DNA from: a virus
Lineage: Duplodnaviria > Caudoviricetes
Strand: one strand, 5' to 3'
IMG/VR virus record: IMGVR_UViG_3300029955_000001
Length of the DNA stretch: 64,000 nt
A program made the translations under genes and the position numbers. Position 1 is the stretch's first letter. Every line of letters begins with the position of its first letter. Below, piece by piece: positions 35,686 to 46,142 of the stretch. The notes below the pieces were generated by a model. That model saw only the letters and a program-made list of their open reading frames with translations, ran no database searches and was not told the origin of the DNA.

Positions 35686-36507
35686 CTATAGTTGTATAGG
35701 AGTGTTGATACGAATAATAAAAACTGTTGTACTTACTGCGCGACCAATGGGACAAACATACTGCCCGTTCCCTGTTGGCGGCACTGGGGTTAATCCGCCA
35801 TCAACGATATCGAGAAAATAGTTTGTATTTGGAATTAAACCACTCGGGTTATTAACAACAATGCTCCATTGTTCCACAGTACCATTAATTTGGCCATCAG
35901 ATAAAACCTGACCACTGCCACCTGGTGTGATTGAATCAGATAAAACTAAACCTAATACCGTTTTCATGTTTGGGTCGTTCGCTACAGCAAGATCAACTGT
36001 TAACGTGCCTGGACTATAAACAGGTTGTCCTAAAAATAAAGTTTGAGAACCAATATTACTGACAGTGATGATTTCAATAGTCGGGTTAGTAACTCCAGCG
36101 GTCGTGTCAATAAGTTGCTGAATTTCAGCAGCAACTGTACTTAATGTTGCTTGTTCAGAAGCAACTAATGTAGCAGTAGCAGCAGCAAGATTTGCGTTAT
36201 TAGTAGCGATGAGTTGTTGAATCTGAACTTGCAAAGCAGCTTGACTGGTTTGTATTAACTGTTGAATTTGTGCAGCTAATGCTGACTCATTCGACGTTAC
36301 GACATTGGCAAATGTTGGGTATGTCCCACTAGCTACAGTTACGGTTTCTGTAGAACCACCATTTACAAATTGATGTGCTAATAAAACATCATTTTCAAAC
36401 GTACTAATTGCTGTTGCCAATGCTGTATTAACCACCGCTGGAGTAGGGACCTCTTCACACTCTGGCCGAACAACTTCGCTTTCATGTTCGTCGTTATGTT
36501 TTGACAT
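35686..36507 (-). CDS. Coiled-coil fibre protein with the same cement-like C-terminal domain
   Basis: QIQQLI heptad repeats, then PVYSPG..LAVA..VLGLV..G..YFLD..GGLT..PP..GQYVCPIGRAVS..IQL. Confidence 0.75.
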   Translation of the reverse strand: MSKHNDEHESEVVRPECEEVPTPAVVNTALATAISTFENDVLLAHQFVNGGSTETVTVASGTYPTFANVVTSNESALAAQIQQLIQTSQAALQVQIQQLIATNNANLAAATATLVASEQATLSTVAAEIQQLIDTTAGVTNPTIEIITVSNIGSQTLFLGQPVYSPGTLTVDLAVANDPNMKTVLGLVLSDSITPGGSGQVLSDGQINGTVEQWSIVVNNPSGLIPNTNYFLDIVDGGLTPVPPTGNGQYVCPIGRAVSTTVFIIRINTPIQL

Positions 36508-36517
36508 AGGTTTTCTC

Positions 36518-37015
36518 TTAGCTAGTTAAATAGTTATTATTTGGTAGTGTATTATTCATTAATGTGTGAAGACTACCTATGTTACTAGGTAAGCCAAATA
36601 ATAATGTTATTGTTAAACTCCCTTCCCATCCTAGTGAATCATGTTTAGCTTTCAAAATAACTGTTCTAATATCGCCGACATTCATATTTGATATAACAAA
36701 ATCTTGCATATCTGTATCAAGCAAGAACGCGTTCCTTGTCTCACTTATTACAGACGCAATAGATTCAATTGTGAACGGGGATTCTGATATTAGAGATAAA
36801 CCAGAACCCATGGCTGATAACTGAATACGATTATAGAAAACCTCAACCTGACCGATATACCCAGACTTAGGAACAGCTGTGACTGTTACTTTTGTATCCC
36901 ATGACGGACCTACGTCTGGAATAGGATTAGAAAAGACAATCTGTTCTGCTGTTAATTGAGCACGTCTGGAATTTGCTGAATTAATTAAAGCAACAAGCTG
37001 GTCGATGATAGCCAT
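36518..37015 (-). CDS. phiKZ-like tail/baseplate-associated structural protein (paralog family)
   Basis: LINSAN..LT..QIVFSNP..TKVTVTAVP.SGYIGQVEVFYNRIQL motif. Confidence 0.7.
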   Translation of the reverse strand: MAIIDQLVALINSANSRRAQLTAEQIVFSNPIPDVGPSWDTKVTVTAVPKSGYIGQVEVFYNRIQLSAMGSGLSLISESPFTIESIASVISETRNAFLLDTDMQDFVISNMNVGDIRTVILKAKHDSLGWEGSLTITLLFGLPSNIGSLHTLMNNTLPNNNYLTS

Positions 37016-37039
37016 AATCGTATCCTGTTTCTTATTGTC

Positions 37040-37564
37040 CTATGGGGTTGGTTGTGTATAGACTAATCCGCTCAATGCAGTTACAGTAATAACTGTTGAC
37101 AATGGAATAGCACCGCGTACCAATTGCAAATGCATTCGACCAATGAACACTAATGAGCTATAATCAGCAACAACATCGAATGGTAAACTTTGATTAGCAT
37201 TGCCAATAAAAACAGGTAGTGGAGCATTGATGTATTGGCCTGTTGTTAAATTTATTTCATATGCTGAATTAATAGCAGGTATGATATCCGAAATATTAAC
37301 AGCATTACCAACATTAAAAGCAATAGACCGTGTGCCAGGTATAGTGTTAAGATCAATTCTATTATAAATTAAAATAGTAGAACCGTAATATAAAACTTGT
37401 CCTGTTAAACTAACACTAACTACAACCTGAGTATTTTTAGAACCATTGATAGGGGTCGGATAACCAAACGACAACATGCCTACTGTAAAAGACGTGCCGT
37501 TGTCGTCGTTAATGAGATCGGTTAATATCTGTTCTTGACTTTTAGTGAAATCTTGGATCGGCAT
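37040..37564 (-). CDS. phiKZ-like tail/baseplate-associated structural protein (paralog family)
   Basis: DLINDDN..FT..LSFGYP..NTQVVV..YYGSTILIYNRIDL; paralogous to 36518..37015. Confidence 0.7.
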   Translation of the reverse strand: MPIQDFTKSQEQILTDLINDDNGTSFTVGMLSFGYPTPINGSKNTQVVVSVSLTGQVLYYGSTILIYNRIDLNTIPGTRSIAFNVGNAVNISDIIPAINSAYEINLTTGQYINAPLPVFIGNANQSLPFDVVADYSSLVFIGRMHLQLVRGAIPLSTVITVTALSGLVYTQPTP

Positions 37565-37634
37565 ATGCGAACCTTTTTTAAAAATGATTCATGTATTTTT
37601 TTACTTCATAACATAAGATTAAGGTTTTACATGG

Positions 37635-37670
37635 CATAAAACCCTACCATTTTAATAGTAGGGTTTTATG
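37635..37670 (-). terminator. Terminator, 13-bp stem
   Basis: CATAAAACCCTAC...GTAGGGTTTTATG; minus-strand tail TTTTATGCCA. Confidence 0.75.
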
Positions 37671-37676
37671 TTTTCA

Positions 37677-38066
37677 TTACGTCGGCGATGTCTTTTCAAA
37701 CAACTTTATAAATAACCCATAACTCATTGCTTCAACGTGACCTACATCATCACCACAGTATGCGTTAAATATAACGCTTCCGTCTTGTTCATTCTGAACG
37801 AGCATTTCTATCCGAAGACCTAATTTCTTATTCTCATAGAAACCAGGTTCAATTATACCAAAGGATGGTACTGTTTTAAACTCAACTTCTGAATCAAATG
37901 AAATACCAATTGTTACACCAGCTCTTAATGGTAATCCTAATTCCACTCGTGTGTCTTGCTCCCATTTATCAACAAATTCACATAGCTCAAATTTAGCTGA
38001 ATTATCCATAGTAAACTGTTTATAAATAAATGCTTTTAGTTCATTTATCTTGTCTTGGAAAATCAC
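37677..38066 (-). CDS. Hypothetical protein
   Basis: 129 aa, GTGA-coupled to the upstream gene. Confidence 0.6.
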   Translation of the reverse strand: MIFQDKINELKAFIYKQFTMDNSAKFELCEFVDKWEQDTRVELGLPLRAGVTIGISFDSEVEFKTVPSFGIIEPGFYENKKLGLRIEMLVQNEQDGSVIFNAYCGDDVGHVEAMSYGLFIKLFEKTSPT

Positions 38067-39418
38067 GATGTCCCCACACGATTAATAAATATAGATAGAA
38101 CGGAATGTGATATATAACGAGTAGTCTTTTGTCCCTGTCCTTTTGCCGCTGTGTAATGATGGGCTTTTAACATAACGCCGTAAATCTTTTTAATTTCCGT
38201 GTCATCAATATATAGAATTTTTACCATCATGCCAGGAAAGATTAGAGTTTGGTTTGAGTTCTCCCATTCTAGATCAATCATGCTTCCTTGCCGAACAGCT
38301 AGTTTTGATGCTTCGTAAAATGAATTAGCGTTAATTGGATTACTGCTTACTGGCACATTATTGTTACCTGTTAAACGTTTAACAGAAACATATTCACTGT
38401 TGTTTAATGCTCTACTAGCCGTTGTTTTGTTATTAGCAGTAGTGGCGAATCCTGTTACGAAATTATTAGCATCAGCATAACGAACACCATTACCTTTGTT
38501 AAGCATTTCAACTTCAGAATTATCTTTAAATTTCACACTACCTGTCGCTAGAATAACCAGATTGTCTCCAGTTAAACGATAAGTGCGCTCAATGCCGGGT
38601 AGTTTATTCTTAGGTACGTTAATAATTGTAACAGTCTTTTTTGCACTGTTAAAACGAGTACAGTCGTAACAGGGGTAAACATACCAGTAATCGCCTTGTA
38701 AATAATAACCTAAACCAGAACTATACACACCGCCACATTTTTCATGAATGTATTGCGGCAATTGGACTAGTGGGATACCCTGTGGTATGACAATATGACT
38801 GCGAGGTGTGTTGTTAGATATAGGCTCTATAACATCAACGCCTTTAATAGCACGTTTCCCATCAACAACGATAGTTTGCGATGCTTGTGTTAGTGATGAT
38901 TTAATTACATCGCCAACAGTGCCATTTCTAAATATACTTCCAACACTAATCATCCGTAATTGTTCTAACGCTTTATTCACCAATTGAAACTTAACCGTAA
39001 TTAAGTTTGCAATATCTAACTGTGTCATTGTTGGCGAAAAAGAAGAATTAGCTTCGATAATTGGGTTACCTGTATCGATTAACGTAGCGCGATATCTCTC
39101 TGTCTGTGGTTTCTGAGTGGTATCAATATTATCATCCACTTCATTGAGTGGTGTTTTAGCTAATATAATCTCAATGTCTTCTTTAAACGGATAAATGTTA
39201 TTCGCGTAAGTACCAGCACCTAACGTAATTTCTAATAGAATCTCATCAGAATAATTATCCTCAAAATCACTTAAGAAATCAATTGATAATATTTTATACG
39301 GTGCGTTATATATCTTATTTGCATAGATCAACGCTGTCCATGTATAGTGAACAGGAAGTGACCCGTCGGTAGTTATTTTAGTTACTTCGCGCCATAATGA
39401 GCTGTCGGCAATTTCGAT
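38063..39418 (-). CDS. phiKZ gp101-like baseplate/tail structural protein; extended to an ATC start at 39418
   Basis: Position in the phiKZ-type block; GVY..GLGYY.Q...WYVYP.YD..RF; frame open 29 codons upstream of the TTG, behind AAGGAG. Confidence 0.65.
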   Translation of the reverse strand: MEIADSSLWREVTKITTDGSLPVHYTWTALIYANKIYNAPYKILSIDFLSDFEDNYSDEILLEITLGAGTYANNIYPFKEDIEIILAKTPLNEVDDNIDTTQKPQTERYRATLIDTGNPIIEANSSFSPTMTQLDIANLITVKFQLVNKALEQLRMISVGSIFRNGTVGDVIKSSLTQASQTIVVDGKRAIKGVDVIEPISNNTPRSHIVIPQGIPLVQLPQYIHEKCGGVYSSGLGYYLQGDYWYVYPCYDCTRFNSAKKTVTIINVPKNKLPGIERTYRLTGDNLVILATGSVKFKDNSEVEMLNKGNGVRYADANNFVTGFATTANNKTTASRALNNSEYVSVKRLTGNNNVPVSSNPINANSFYEASKLAVRQGSMIDLEWENSNQTLIFPGMMVKILYIDDTEIKKIYGVMLKAHHYTAAKGQGQKTTRYISHSVLSIFINRVGTS

Positions 39419-39456
39419 GATAATCTCCTTAGTACACTAGTGGAGATATCTAATAA

Positions 39457-40104
39457 CTATCTCCACTTTCTATCTGCTTTAGAAACTCTTGCGTTTACAA
39501 AAGTCTCTGCCATACTCGTACGCGTCGGTCTCTTTTCTTCAGGTTTCTCTTCCTCATCTTCGATCTTATTGAAAGTAACAATCTTCGGAACGTAAGGAGC
39601 TAAGACGTTACTTCTACTAACACGCATTACACTGCCCATACGACGTGCTAATACAGAATCTACATAGTCATTTGTAAACTCATACTTAGCATGCTCGTAC
39701 ACGGCGTTAGCAAACTTATCCATTAAAATAAGATCGTTAATAGGAGCATCGCGCATGTTCATGCCTGAACTTTCTAATTTATTTTTCCAAGCATTTAAAT
39801 GATTAGAAATATAATCATAAATCAGTTTTGTGTCAGACGGTTTAATGACACGAACAATTACACCTTTCTCATAAAACTCAACCATCTTACTAATAGGGAT
39901 GGCCGTATCAATTAATTCGTTAGCCATCTCCCTATCATATTCAGGGTCACCAATACCAGGCATACCAAAATACCTGATATGATCGGATGATCTACTTTGA
40001 ATATTAGAAACCCGACACATGAAAAGCTCGTGAAAAACATACCATGCTGTATCACGTTTTTCGATAGGGACCCAAGTGCCAGGTCCAACATTAACATCAG
40101 CCAT
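39457..40104 (-). CDS. Conserved phiKZ-like protein (gp100-like by synteny)
   Basis: FGMP..GDPEYDREMANE...ISKMVEFYEKGV.VRV...DTK.IY..I..HL.AW. Confidence 0.65.
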   Translation of the reverse strand: MADVNVGPGTWVPIEKRDTAWYVFHELFMCRVSNIQSRSSDHIRYFGMPGIGDPEYDREMANELIDTAIPISKMVEFYEKGVIVRVIKPSDTKLIYDYISNHLNAWKNKLESSGMNMRDAPINDLILMDKFANAVYEHAKYEFTNDYVDSVLARRMGSVMRVSRSNVLAPYVPKIVTFNKIEDEEEKPEEKRPTRTSMAETFVNARVSKADRKWR

Positions 40105-40117
40105 TTATAACTCCATA

Positions 40118-41488
40118 TCAAAATGCTAATATGCTAACCTTGATTAACATTAATAGAATTGGCATATAGTAAAAACGCTCTAAACTATCCCATACGTGAC
40201 ATGCCTCACATAACGCATGAATTGTCCGTATATCGATGGCTTTCTTATCTAGATAATCATTTACGCATAACTCTAAACGAGACTGACCATTTGGTGAGCG
40301 GTCGTAAAATGCTTTAGAAAATATATAGTATTCATCGTATAAAATAGGATGAATAAGAGGGATTATACTCTCTGGTGAATTTCCTATAACCCTAACTGTT
40401 ATCAGATCGCCTAAGTTCTGAATATGCGGTTTTGTATCTTCTAATACTACTTCTAATGTTTGTTTCGGGAAATACCATTGTTGATAGTTAGCATTAACAT
40501 GCATGTCTTTAGGGTAAACCACATAAGTAACACCACTGTGAAAAATACCTTCTAGCATCGGATCAATAGAAAACGATCTAGAGAATACTAAACCAGCTTT
40601 TCTCATGATTGTTGTTTTCATTAAATGCTTATCACGTTTTGCTATTGCGTCCCAAACAGTAGTTACTTCCATTGCTGGATCGCCACTGACATTGAGATGT
40701 TTTACAGCACGTATCGTAGGATAATCAAACGTGGTGAAAAAAGACATGACTGTTTTAACTAAGAACGGATCATAGACAGGTAAACGTTGTCCTGGCACTA
40801 AAAGAGTTTTATATTCATTACTGTTAAACTCTTTAAAAAACATATCAGTTAATTGGTTATACCATTGCCCTAGTTCTTTAACCAACATGTAATCTTCTTC
40901 ATATAGCAGTGGATTTTGACCATGCTCTAGGAAGTTACGTTCGTAATGAACTGTTTTTACAGTCTTGGATGCTAAATCATCTAAGCGAATACGGTTAACA
41001 GAAACGTTGTCAATTAACTGGTATTCAATCACGTGACAAGTATCATTGAAAATTGTTTTACGTTCGGATAGATTTACTTGAAACAAACCTTCATTACCAT
41101 CACCTATGTCGGCTATAAACATATCGCCTTCATTTGGTATTAGGAACGGATAGACAGTAGCAGCGCCAGTAATCGTTATTTGTTTAGACGTATCGTCCTG
41201 AGTGGTAGATAATGGAGTAGTTACCTTTAGCTCCATTTTCTTTATCAGTGTATATTGCTGATATGTCGGACTACGGTTAATATCTTGCCCTGTTAGCGGA
41301 CTATCATCATTTAATACTTGAGAGTAATAATTAACAGTCCAACTACTACCTTCTACATGCGAGAGTAATGAAGATTTTGGCGTATATCTAGTATCAACGG
41401 TTACTCCCCTGTATTTAGGTGCCGATATACGAACTGGTACAGGTTGTTCTCTTTTCGGTGGGTTTGGCCCATCTTCAATAAGTGGCAT
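40118..41488 (-). CDS. phiKZ-like virion structural protein (gp99-like by synteny)
   Basis: LLSHVEGSSWTVNYYSQ, IPNEGDMFIADIGDG..GLF, FYY.P.L..L. Confidence 0.75.
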   Translation of the reverse strand: MPLIEDGPNPPKREQPVPVRISAPKYRGVTVDTRYTPKSSLLSHVEGSSWTVNYYSQVLNDDSPLTGQDINRSPTYQQYTLIKKMELKVTTPLSTTQDDTSKQITITGAATVYPFLIPNEGDMFIADIGDGNEGLFQVNLSERKTIFNDTCHVIEYQLIDNVSVNRIRLDDLASKTVKTVHYERNFLEHGQNPLLYEEDYMLVKELGQWYNQLTDMFFKEFNSNEYKTLLVPGQRLPVYDPFLVKTVMSFFTTFDYPTIRAVKHLNVSGDPAMEVTTVWDAIAKRDKHLMKTTIMRKAGLVFSRSFSIDPMLEGIFHSGVTYVVYPKDMHVNANYQQWYFPKQTLEVVLEDTKPHIQNLGDLITVRVIGNSPESIIPLIHPILYDEYYIFSKAFYDRSPNGQSRLELCVNDYLDKKAIDIRTIHALCEACHVWDSLERFYYMPILLMLIKVSILAF

Positions 41489-41490
41489 AA

Positions 41491-43143
41491 TTAACTTTCA
41501 TGTTCATGTACGCGAATAACAAGTGTCTCTAAGTTTGTATAAACACTAGGATTCACATATTGTTGATTTCCTTCAGATAACCTTATTCGATTAATATAGT
41601 TAACAGCGTCATTGTAAACGTTAATCGGAACTTCTGTTCCATTAGTTGTAACAGTTGTGTTGTTTACAACAGGCTTACTTGGATAGCGATAACTAGTTAC
41701 TTTACCTAATTCGCTTAGTCTTGGCTGTGTAACAGTGCTACCGCATGAAGGTAGTAAACCAGACTTAACAATAGACGGATCTATATACTCCATTACCATT
41801 CTAAACAACTTACAGTTCGCTCGCAGTCTATCAGAAGCAACAGTAGCTAGTTTTGTAAGGTTTGTCATCACTCCTATTCTGACATGATGGTAATCTCTAA
41901 ATGCTAACTGTGTTGTTGATGTAATGTTTAAATTACTATCTATAGAGACGCTATTAGCATCCATTAGTGTTTGTCCACGGTATAATGACAATGTAAAAAC
42001 AGAAGCTCCAGGGATCGTCATATACTGAGCTTCTCCTGCTAAAAATTCAGCAAGAAGAGGATTCAGTTTATAAGATGTCATGTTGTTTAAAGACATGAGT
42101 TCTAAAGGACTGTTTACATCAATAGACACAAGAGCGGTGAATAGTCTTTTTGTTTCGGGTAACACAAATTCCGGTATAAACTCATCGTAACTAGGAATAG
42201 CTACACCTGGTAATGTATCTAGTTTTGTTTTACCTTTTTCAAAACCATGAAAGTATTTTGCTGATAACGAATAAACTTTAAGTTGTTGATCTAGCTCATA
42301 CGCTGGTTTATTAGGTCTGTACTTTGTACTCAATACCTGATTATGTATCATGAGCGGATAAAACATAGTGCACGCAATAGCTTTGTCGTATTTAAACTTA
42401 TACGCAAATGAAATTGTGTAAGTAACACCACCTGTTTCTTCTCTTTCTTCAAGAGGAGGACCTCCTTCAAAATCATAATACCCAACAATACGAAGTTGTG
42501 TTTCAGGAATAGCCCATGTGCCTTGAGTACCAGTAGTCGTTGTAATAACTGTTGCTTTTGGTGTTAAATTGTTTCTAAAATAATCATCAAACGAATCACC
42601 ATATCCTGCTACGTTTTCTCGTAACCGATGAATCTCTCTTAGTACATAAAGATATTCAGGGGGGATGATGTAATTGTACGTTATCTCGTGAAGATTTATT
42701 TCAGCACCGTGCATCATGGATATGCGATTACGTAGATTATCTCTCCACCGTACTGCGCGCACTTTATCAGCTGTACGATAGATAAAATTTATTTTCGTGT
42801 CTGTAGAGCTATAGACAGGTTTAACATATGTTTCTAATGGGTCGTCTCTGAATATAAAGAAATTTTCAGGACGGTAAATAGCGGTACTCAATAAGCGATC
42901 TGTTTCATAGTCTTCTTCCACTACAATTGAGACACGTTCTGAGAACGGATAAAGATTAATACCAGGACCAGGATCGCTAATAGAACTACCTGGTTGTTTT
43001 ATTTTATCAATATCACCTGGATAAAATATCTGCGTATTTTGATCAATTCCTGTAGCATCAAATATTTCTCTTGCAATATCAGTAACAATTGGTCGTGTGA
43101 TACTCTGCACTGTTTCAGGAAGTGATAACAATATGCGCGGCAT
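41491..43143 (-). CDS. phiKZ-like virion structural protein (gp98-like by synteny)
   Basis: 550 aa; LPET.QSITRP, F.YKF.YDK, YP.MIHNQ. Confidence 0.75.
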   Translation of the reverse strand: MPRILLSLPETVQSITRPIVTDIAREIFDATGIDQNTQIFYPGDIDKIKQPGSSISDPGPGINLYPFSERVSIVVEEDYETDRLLSTAIYRPENFFIFRDDPLETYVKPVYSSTDTKINFIYRTADKVRAVRWRDNLRNRISMMHGAEINLHEITYNYIIPPEYLYVLREIHRLRENVAGYGDSFDDYFRNNLTPKATVITTTTGTQGTWAIPETQLRIVGYYDFEGGPPLEEREETGGVTYTISFAYKFKYDKAIACTMFYPLMIHNQVLSTKYRPNKPAYELDQQLKVYSLSAKYFHGFEKGKTKLDTLPGVAIPSYDEFIPEFVLPETKRLFTALVSIDVNSPLELMSLNNMTSYKLNPLLAEFLAGEAQYMTIPGASVFTLSLYRGQTLMDANSVSIDSNLNITSTTQLAFRDYHHVRIGVMTNLTKLATVASDRLRANCKLFRMVMEYIDPSIVKSGLLPSCGSTVTQPRLSELGKVTSYRYPSKPVVNNTTVTTNGTEVPINVYNDAVNYINRIRLSEGNQQYVNPSVYTNLETLVIRVHEHES

Positions 43144-43247
43144 GGCTAGTCCTTTGTATAATCGATCATAAAATCATGCTTTTATATTTTATTTACATTT
43201 TCAAGTCATAAAAGCCATCCATGACAGATGGCAGTTATAACTTGTGT

Positions 43248-44630
43248 TTATGCTGTTCCTGGTATTGCTGTAGGAGCGGTCATTTCAACAGGGTAACATT
43301 CAATTGATTTTTGAATTACCATGATAAATGTATTTACAATACTTAATGATTGTTGCATAAGCGGTATACCGGGTGAACGAACCCAACCAGCATACGCTGT
43401 ATTCAACTTCACTAACTCGTGATAACATGCTTCTTCTTTACCAGTATCATCAGCTGGTTTATCAGTGGCTTTATGTGAAACACTAGCTTCTTTTGAAGCA
43501 CGTGCCATTTCCTTCATTGTTTCTTCAACACGGTTATACAGACCACCTTGATCAAAATCCTTAATATACTTCAAAATGGTTTCGCATTCATTTACAATGT
43601 ACGCAATACCTTTTGGCGTTAAGGCTGGCATGGTAACCTTATGTTCAGGTGTAAACTCAATACCTTCGGTGTCTTCTAACCTTAGTTCTGAACCAGACAC
43701 CGATGATAATAGGTTTAACTTTACTAGTGCTTTATGATCGTTTGACTGTTTCTGTATTTTACGAACTAGGGTCTTATTCCCCAACAGACCAACGCTACGC
43801 ATCGTCCTAAACTTAGGACCACCTTTACCGTCGTCAACTTCTTTATCAGGATCTTTAGCTATTCTAGATAATATTGGGTTATCTTCATTTGCATTAGTTA
43901 TTCCTTGCCACGCATGTTCTATTGCGCCATCAATATCACCTTTTGCAAATTTACTCAATGCCTCTATTACCGCATTACCTTTCTTTATTGTCGATTCCAT
44001 GTACATGAAATAAATAAACTTAACAAGAAAAGCGTAGGCGTTTAATGCTCTTTTTAATTGATCTTCATTAGTAATTGTCTTACCATCAACGCTAAGAAAT
44101 ACTAATCCAGAAGTAAGCTCTATATCATTTTCTGCTTTACTACCTTCGAGGCTCGCAGATTTCTCTTTAATTATATTTAAACGCGCTTCTGCACTCTCAA
44201 AAACTTTAGCGACAGAGCGATAAAAATGTCCCATCTTCGCCCAAATTGTTTTTAAGAATTTAACTATATTTTCCCATATAGCCTTAGCTGTCTCAACGAA
44301 GCCTTCAGTGGCGATAGATTCACCAGCAATAGCTTCCTTAGCAATATCGTCGGGAGACACGTCAGTGCCTGCTACAGCCATGTCTGTGGCGTTGTTAATT
44401 AGATTTGCTTCTGTAATTGTTGGTGTCGTAATATCACCAGTAATTTCAGCAAGATCTTCTAAGCAGTGAATAAGATCTGTTAGATGATAAATCTGTTTTA
44501 GTCCAGAATCTACTTCTTCAGCAGCAATGTAAGCGCTATCGCGGATTACTAACTCTTCCTCCAGTGACAACACATTACCTTGAAATACTTTAGTTTTAGA
44601 TTCCAAAGCAATGAATGCTTGTTTACGCAT
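43248..44630 (-). CDS. Internal head/ejection protein (phiKZ gp93-97-like paralog)
   Basis: Propeptide with ALE/SLE/ATE sites, then GFVETAKAIWENIVKFLKTIW amphipathic helix. Confidence 0.75.
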   Translation of the reverse strand: MRKQAFIALESKTKVFQGNVLSLEEELVIRDSAYIAAEEVDSGLKQIYHLTDLIHCLEDLAEITGDITTPTITEANLINNATDMAVAGTDVSPDDIAKEAIAGESIATEGFVETAKAIWENIVKFLKTIWAKMGHFYRSVAKVFESAEARLNIIKEKSASLEGSKAENDIELTSGLVFLSVDGKTITNEDQLKRALNAYAFLVKFIYFMYMESTIKKGNAVIEALSKFAKGDIDGAIEHAWQGITNANEDNPILSRIAKDPDKEVDDGKGGPKFRTMRSVGLLGNKTLVRKIQKQSNDHKALVKLNLLSSVSGSELRLEDTEGIEFTPEHKVTMPALTPKGIAYIVNECETILKYIKDFDQGGLYNRVEETMKEMARASKEASVSHKATDKPADDTGKEEACYHELVKLNTAYAGWVRSPGIPLMQQSLSIVNTFIMVIQKSIECYPVEMTAPTAIPGTA

Positions 44631-44707
44631 GGTGATTCTCTTTCAAGGCAGTTAGTAATATCACACCAACCACCATTAATAACAGTGGTCAGTGTGAGTG
44701 GAGTTTT

Positions 44708-46063
44708 TTATGCTGCCACCGGTTCAGGTGGATGTGACGCTGGTGCTTGAGCACTAGCTGGTGCAGCAGTATTGTTTTCTGGATTAACAGACGCTGCTTC
44801 AGATGGCTGTGTAAAACGTCTTAGACTTTCTTCGACATAATCTAAGGTAGCCTTACAGACACGAACTACGTAACCAGCCAACGATACAAACCATTTCGAC
44901 AATAGAGCAACAAAGTCTTTCCCAACTTTCTTAATCTTTTCAAAACGAGATTTATCGCCTTCGCCAACAGTTTCTTCAGCCTTCTTTGCTTTTTCCATCA
45001 CGCCAATAATTCTGTTATTGACGACTTCTTTCTTAGTGCCTTCAGAAGCAGCATGAATAATGAATTCTAACAAATCCGACACTTCTTTGATTGTATTGCC
45101 AATCATATTTGCAGCTAGAGTAGCTAGATTTTCTTTTACTTCAGGAGCGCCTTCAGCTTTCTTAACGCTAGCGTGTGCCATTTGAGCAGCTGCTGCAATA
45201 GCCTCGTCGCCACTTACAGCGCTTTCTGGAGTCTGGTCATCAAATATCATATTGCCAAACATCGAAGTAGCATCAGACGCTTCGTCGCCTTCTGGGTTAA
45301 TGTTGATGTCCATTGGTTGATCAGAAGTCAGAGAAGTTTCAGCAGCACCAGCCATTGCCTCAGCAATATCGGTTGTATACTTATCATGACGTTGGAATAG
45401 GCTTTTAATCTTACGACTCCAAGCACCAAGCTTCTCAGTAAAGTCATGTGGTACACTATCACCCATACCAAGAGTCTCAGCCAGTTGTTTATTAACAAAA
45501 AACAACTCGTTTGGTTCACCGGTTGGTTTACGAGTCAATAAGGTCTTTGCGCGTTCCAACTGTGCTCTTGCCATCTTCTCAACGTTCGTGAAGAAGTTCT
45601 TAATCCATTCCCAAAACTTCTTCATTGCTTCGATGATAGCGTTCCAGATCTTTGCCAAACCGCTGTTGATTTGGCCTATAGCTAAAGTTGTAGATTCAGT
45701 ACGTGAACTAGTTCCGCCATAAGCTTCCATAGCTGGCAATTCATGACTAGTAATACCAGCACGTGAAAATAGCGACTCCAGTGCAACGTTAACTGCTGCA
45801 GCACTATAGCGATCAACACCACCGTTCTCGGCAGCCACACTCATCACATCACGAATGTTTTCCAATGATTCTACACATTGGATAGCATCGTCAACACGCG
45901 CATCGTCAATCAAGCCATTGTCTTCACAGTCACGAAGTTGTAATTCAGCCTGACTGCACGCGACGACATTTTCTGGAGTATTAGTCTGGATTGGTTCACA
46001 CACAACAATATCTGTTTCGCCTTCCATCGCGGCTACCAAGCCTTTGTTCTTTATACGTGCCAT
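44708..46063 (-). CDS. Internal head/ejection protein paralog
   Basis: AME/SLE/ALE sites; ESLENIRDV..GG.D..SAAAVNVALE; KIWNAIIEAMKKFWEWIKNFF. Confidence 0.75.
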   Translation of the reverse strand: MARIKNKGLVAAMEGETDIVVCEPIQTNTPENVVACSQAELQLRDCEDNGLIDDARVDDAIQCVESLENIRDVMSVAAENGGVDRYSAAAVNVALESLFSRAGITSHELPAMEAYGGTSSRTESTTLAIGQINSGLAKIWNAIIEAMKKFWEWIKNFFTNVEKMARAQLERAKTLLTRKPTGEPNELFFVNKQLAETLGMGDSVPHDFTEKLGAWSRKIKSLFQRHDKYTTDIAEAMAGAAETSLTSDQPMDININPEGDEASDATSMFGNMIFDDQTPESAVSGDEAIAAAAQMAHASVKKAEGAPEVKENLATLAANMIGNTIKEVSDLLEFIIHAASEGTKKEVVNNRIIGVMEKAKKAEETVGEGDKSRFEKIKKVGKDFVALLSKWFVSLAGYVVRVCKATLDYVEESLRRFTQPSEAASVNPENNTAAPASAQAPASHPPEPVAA

Positions 46064-46142
46064 TTGCTACTCCTAATTAGGTAAAAAATAAGTTAATTCT
46101 AATTCGAATTATGACTTGGAAGCCATCATATTAATTACATTT

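Noticed and set aside
28400-35700. Higher GC as a sign of recent horizontal transfer
   Set aside because: Largely explained by Ala/Gly/Thr amino-acid composition; third positions remain A/T-rich
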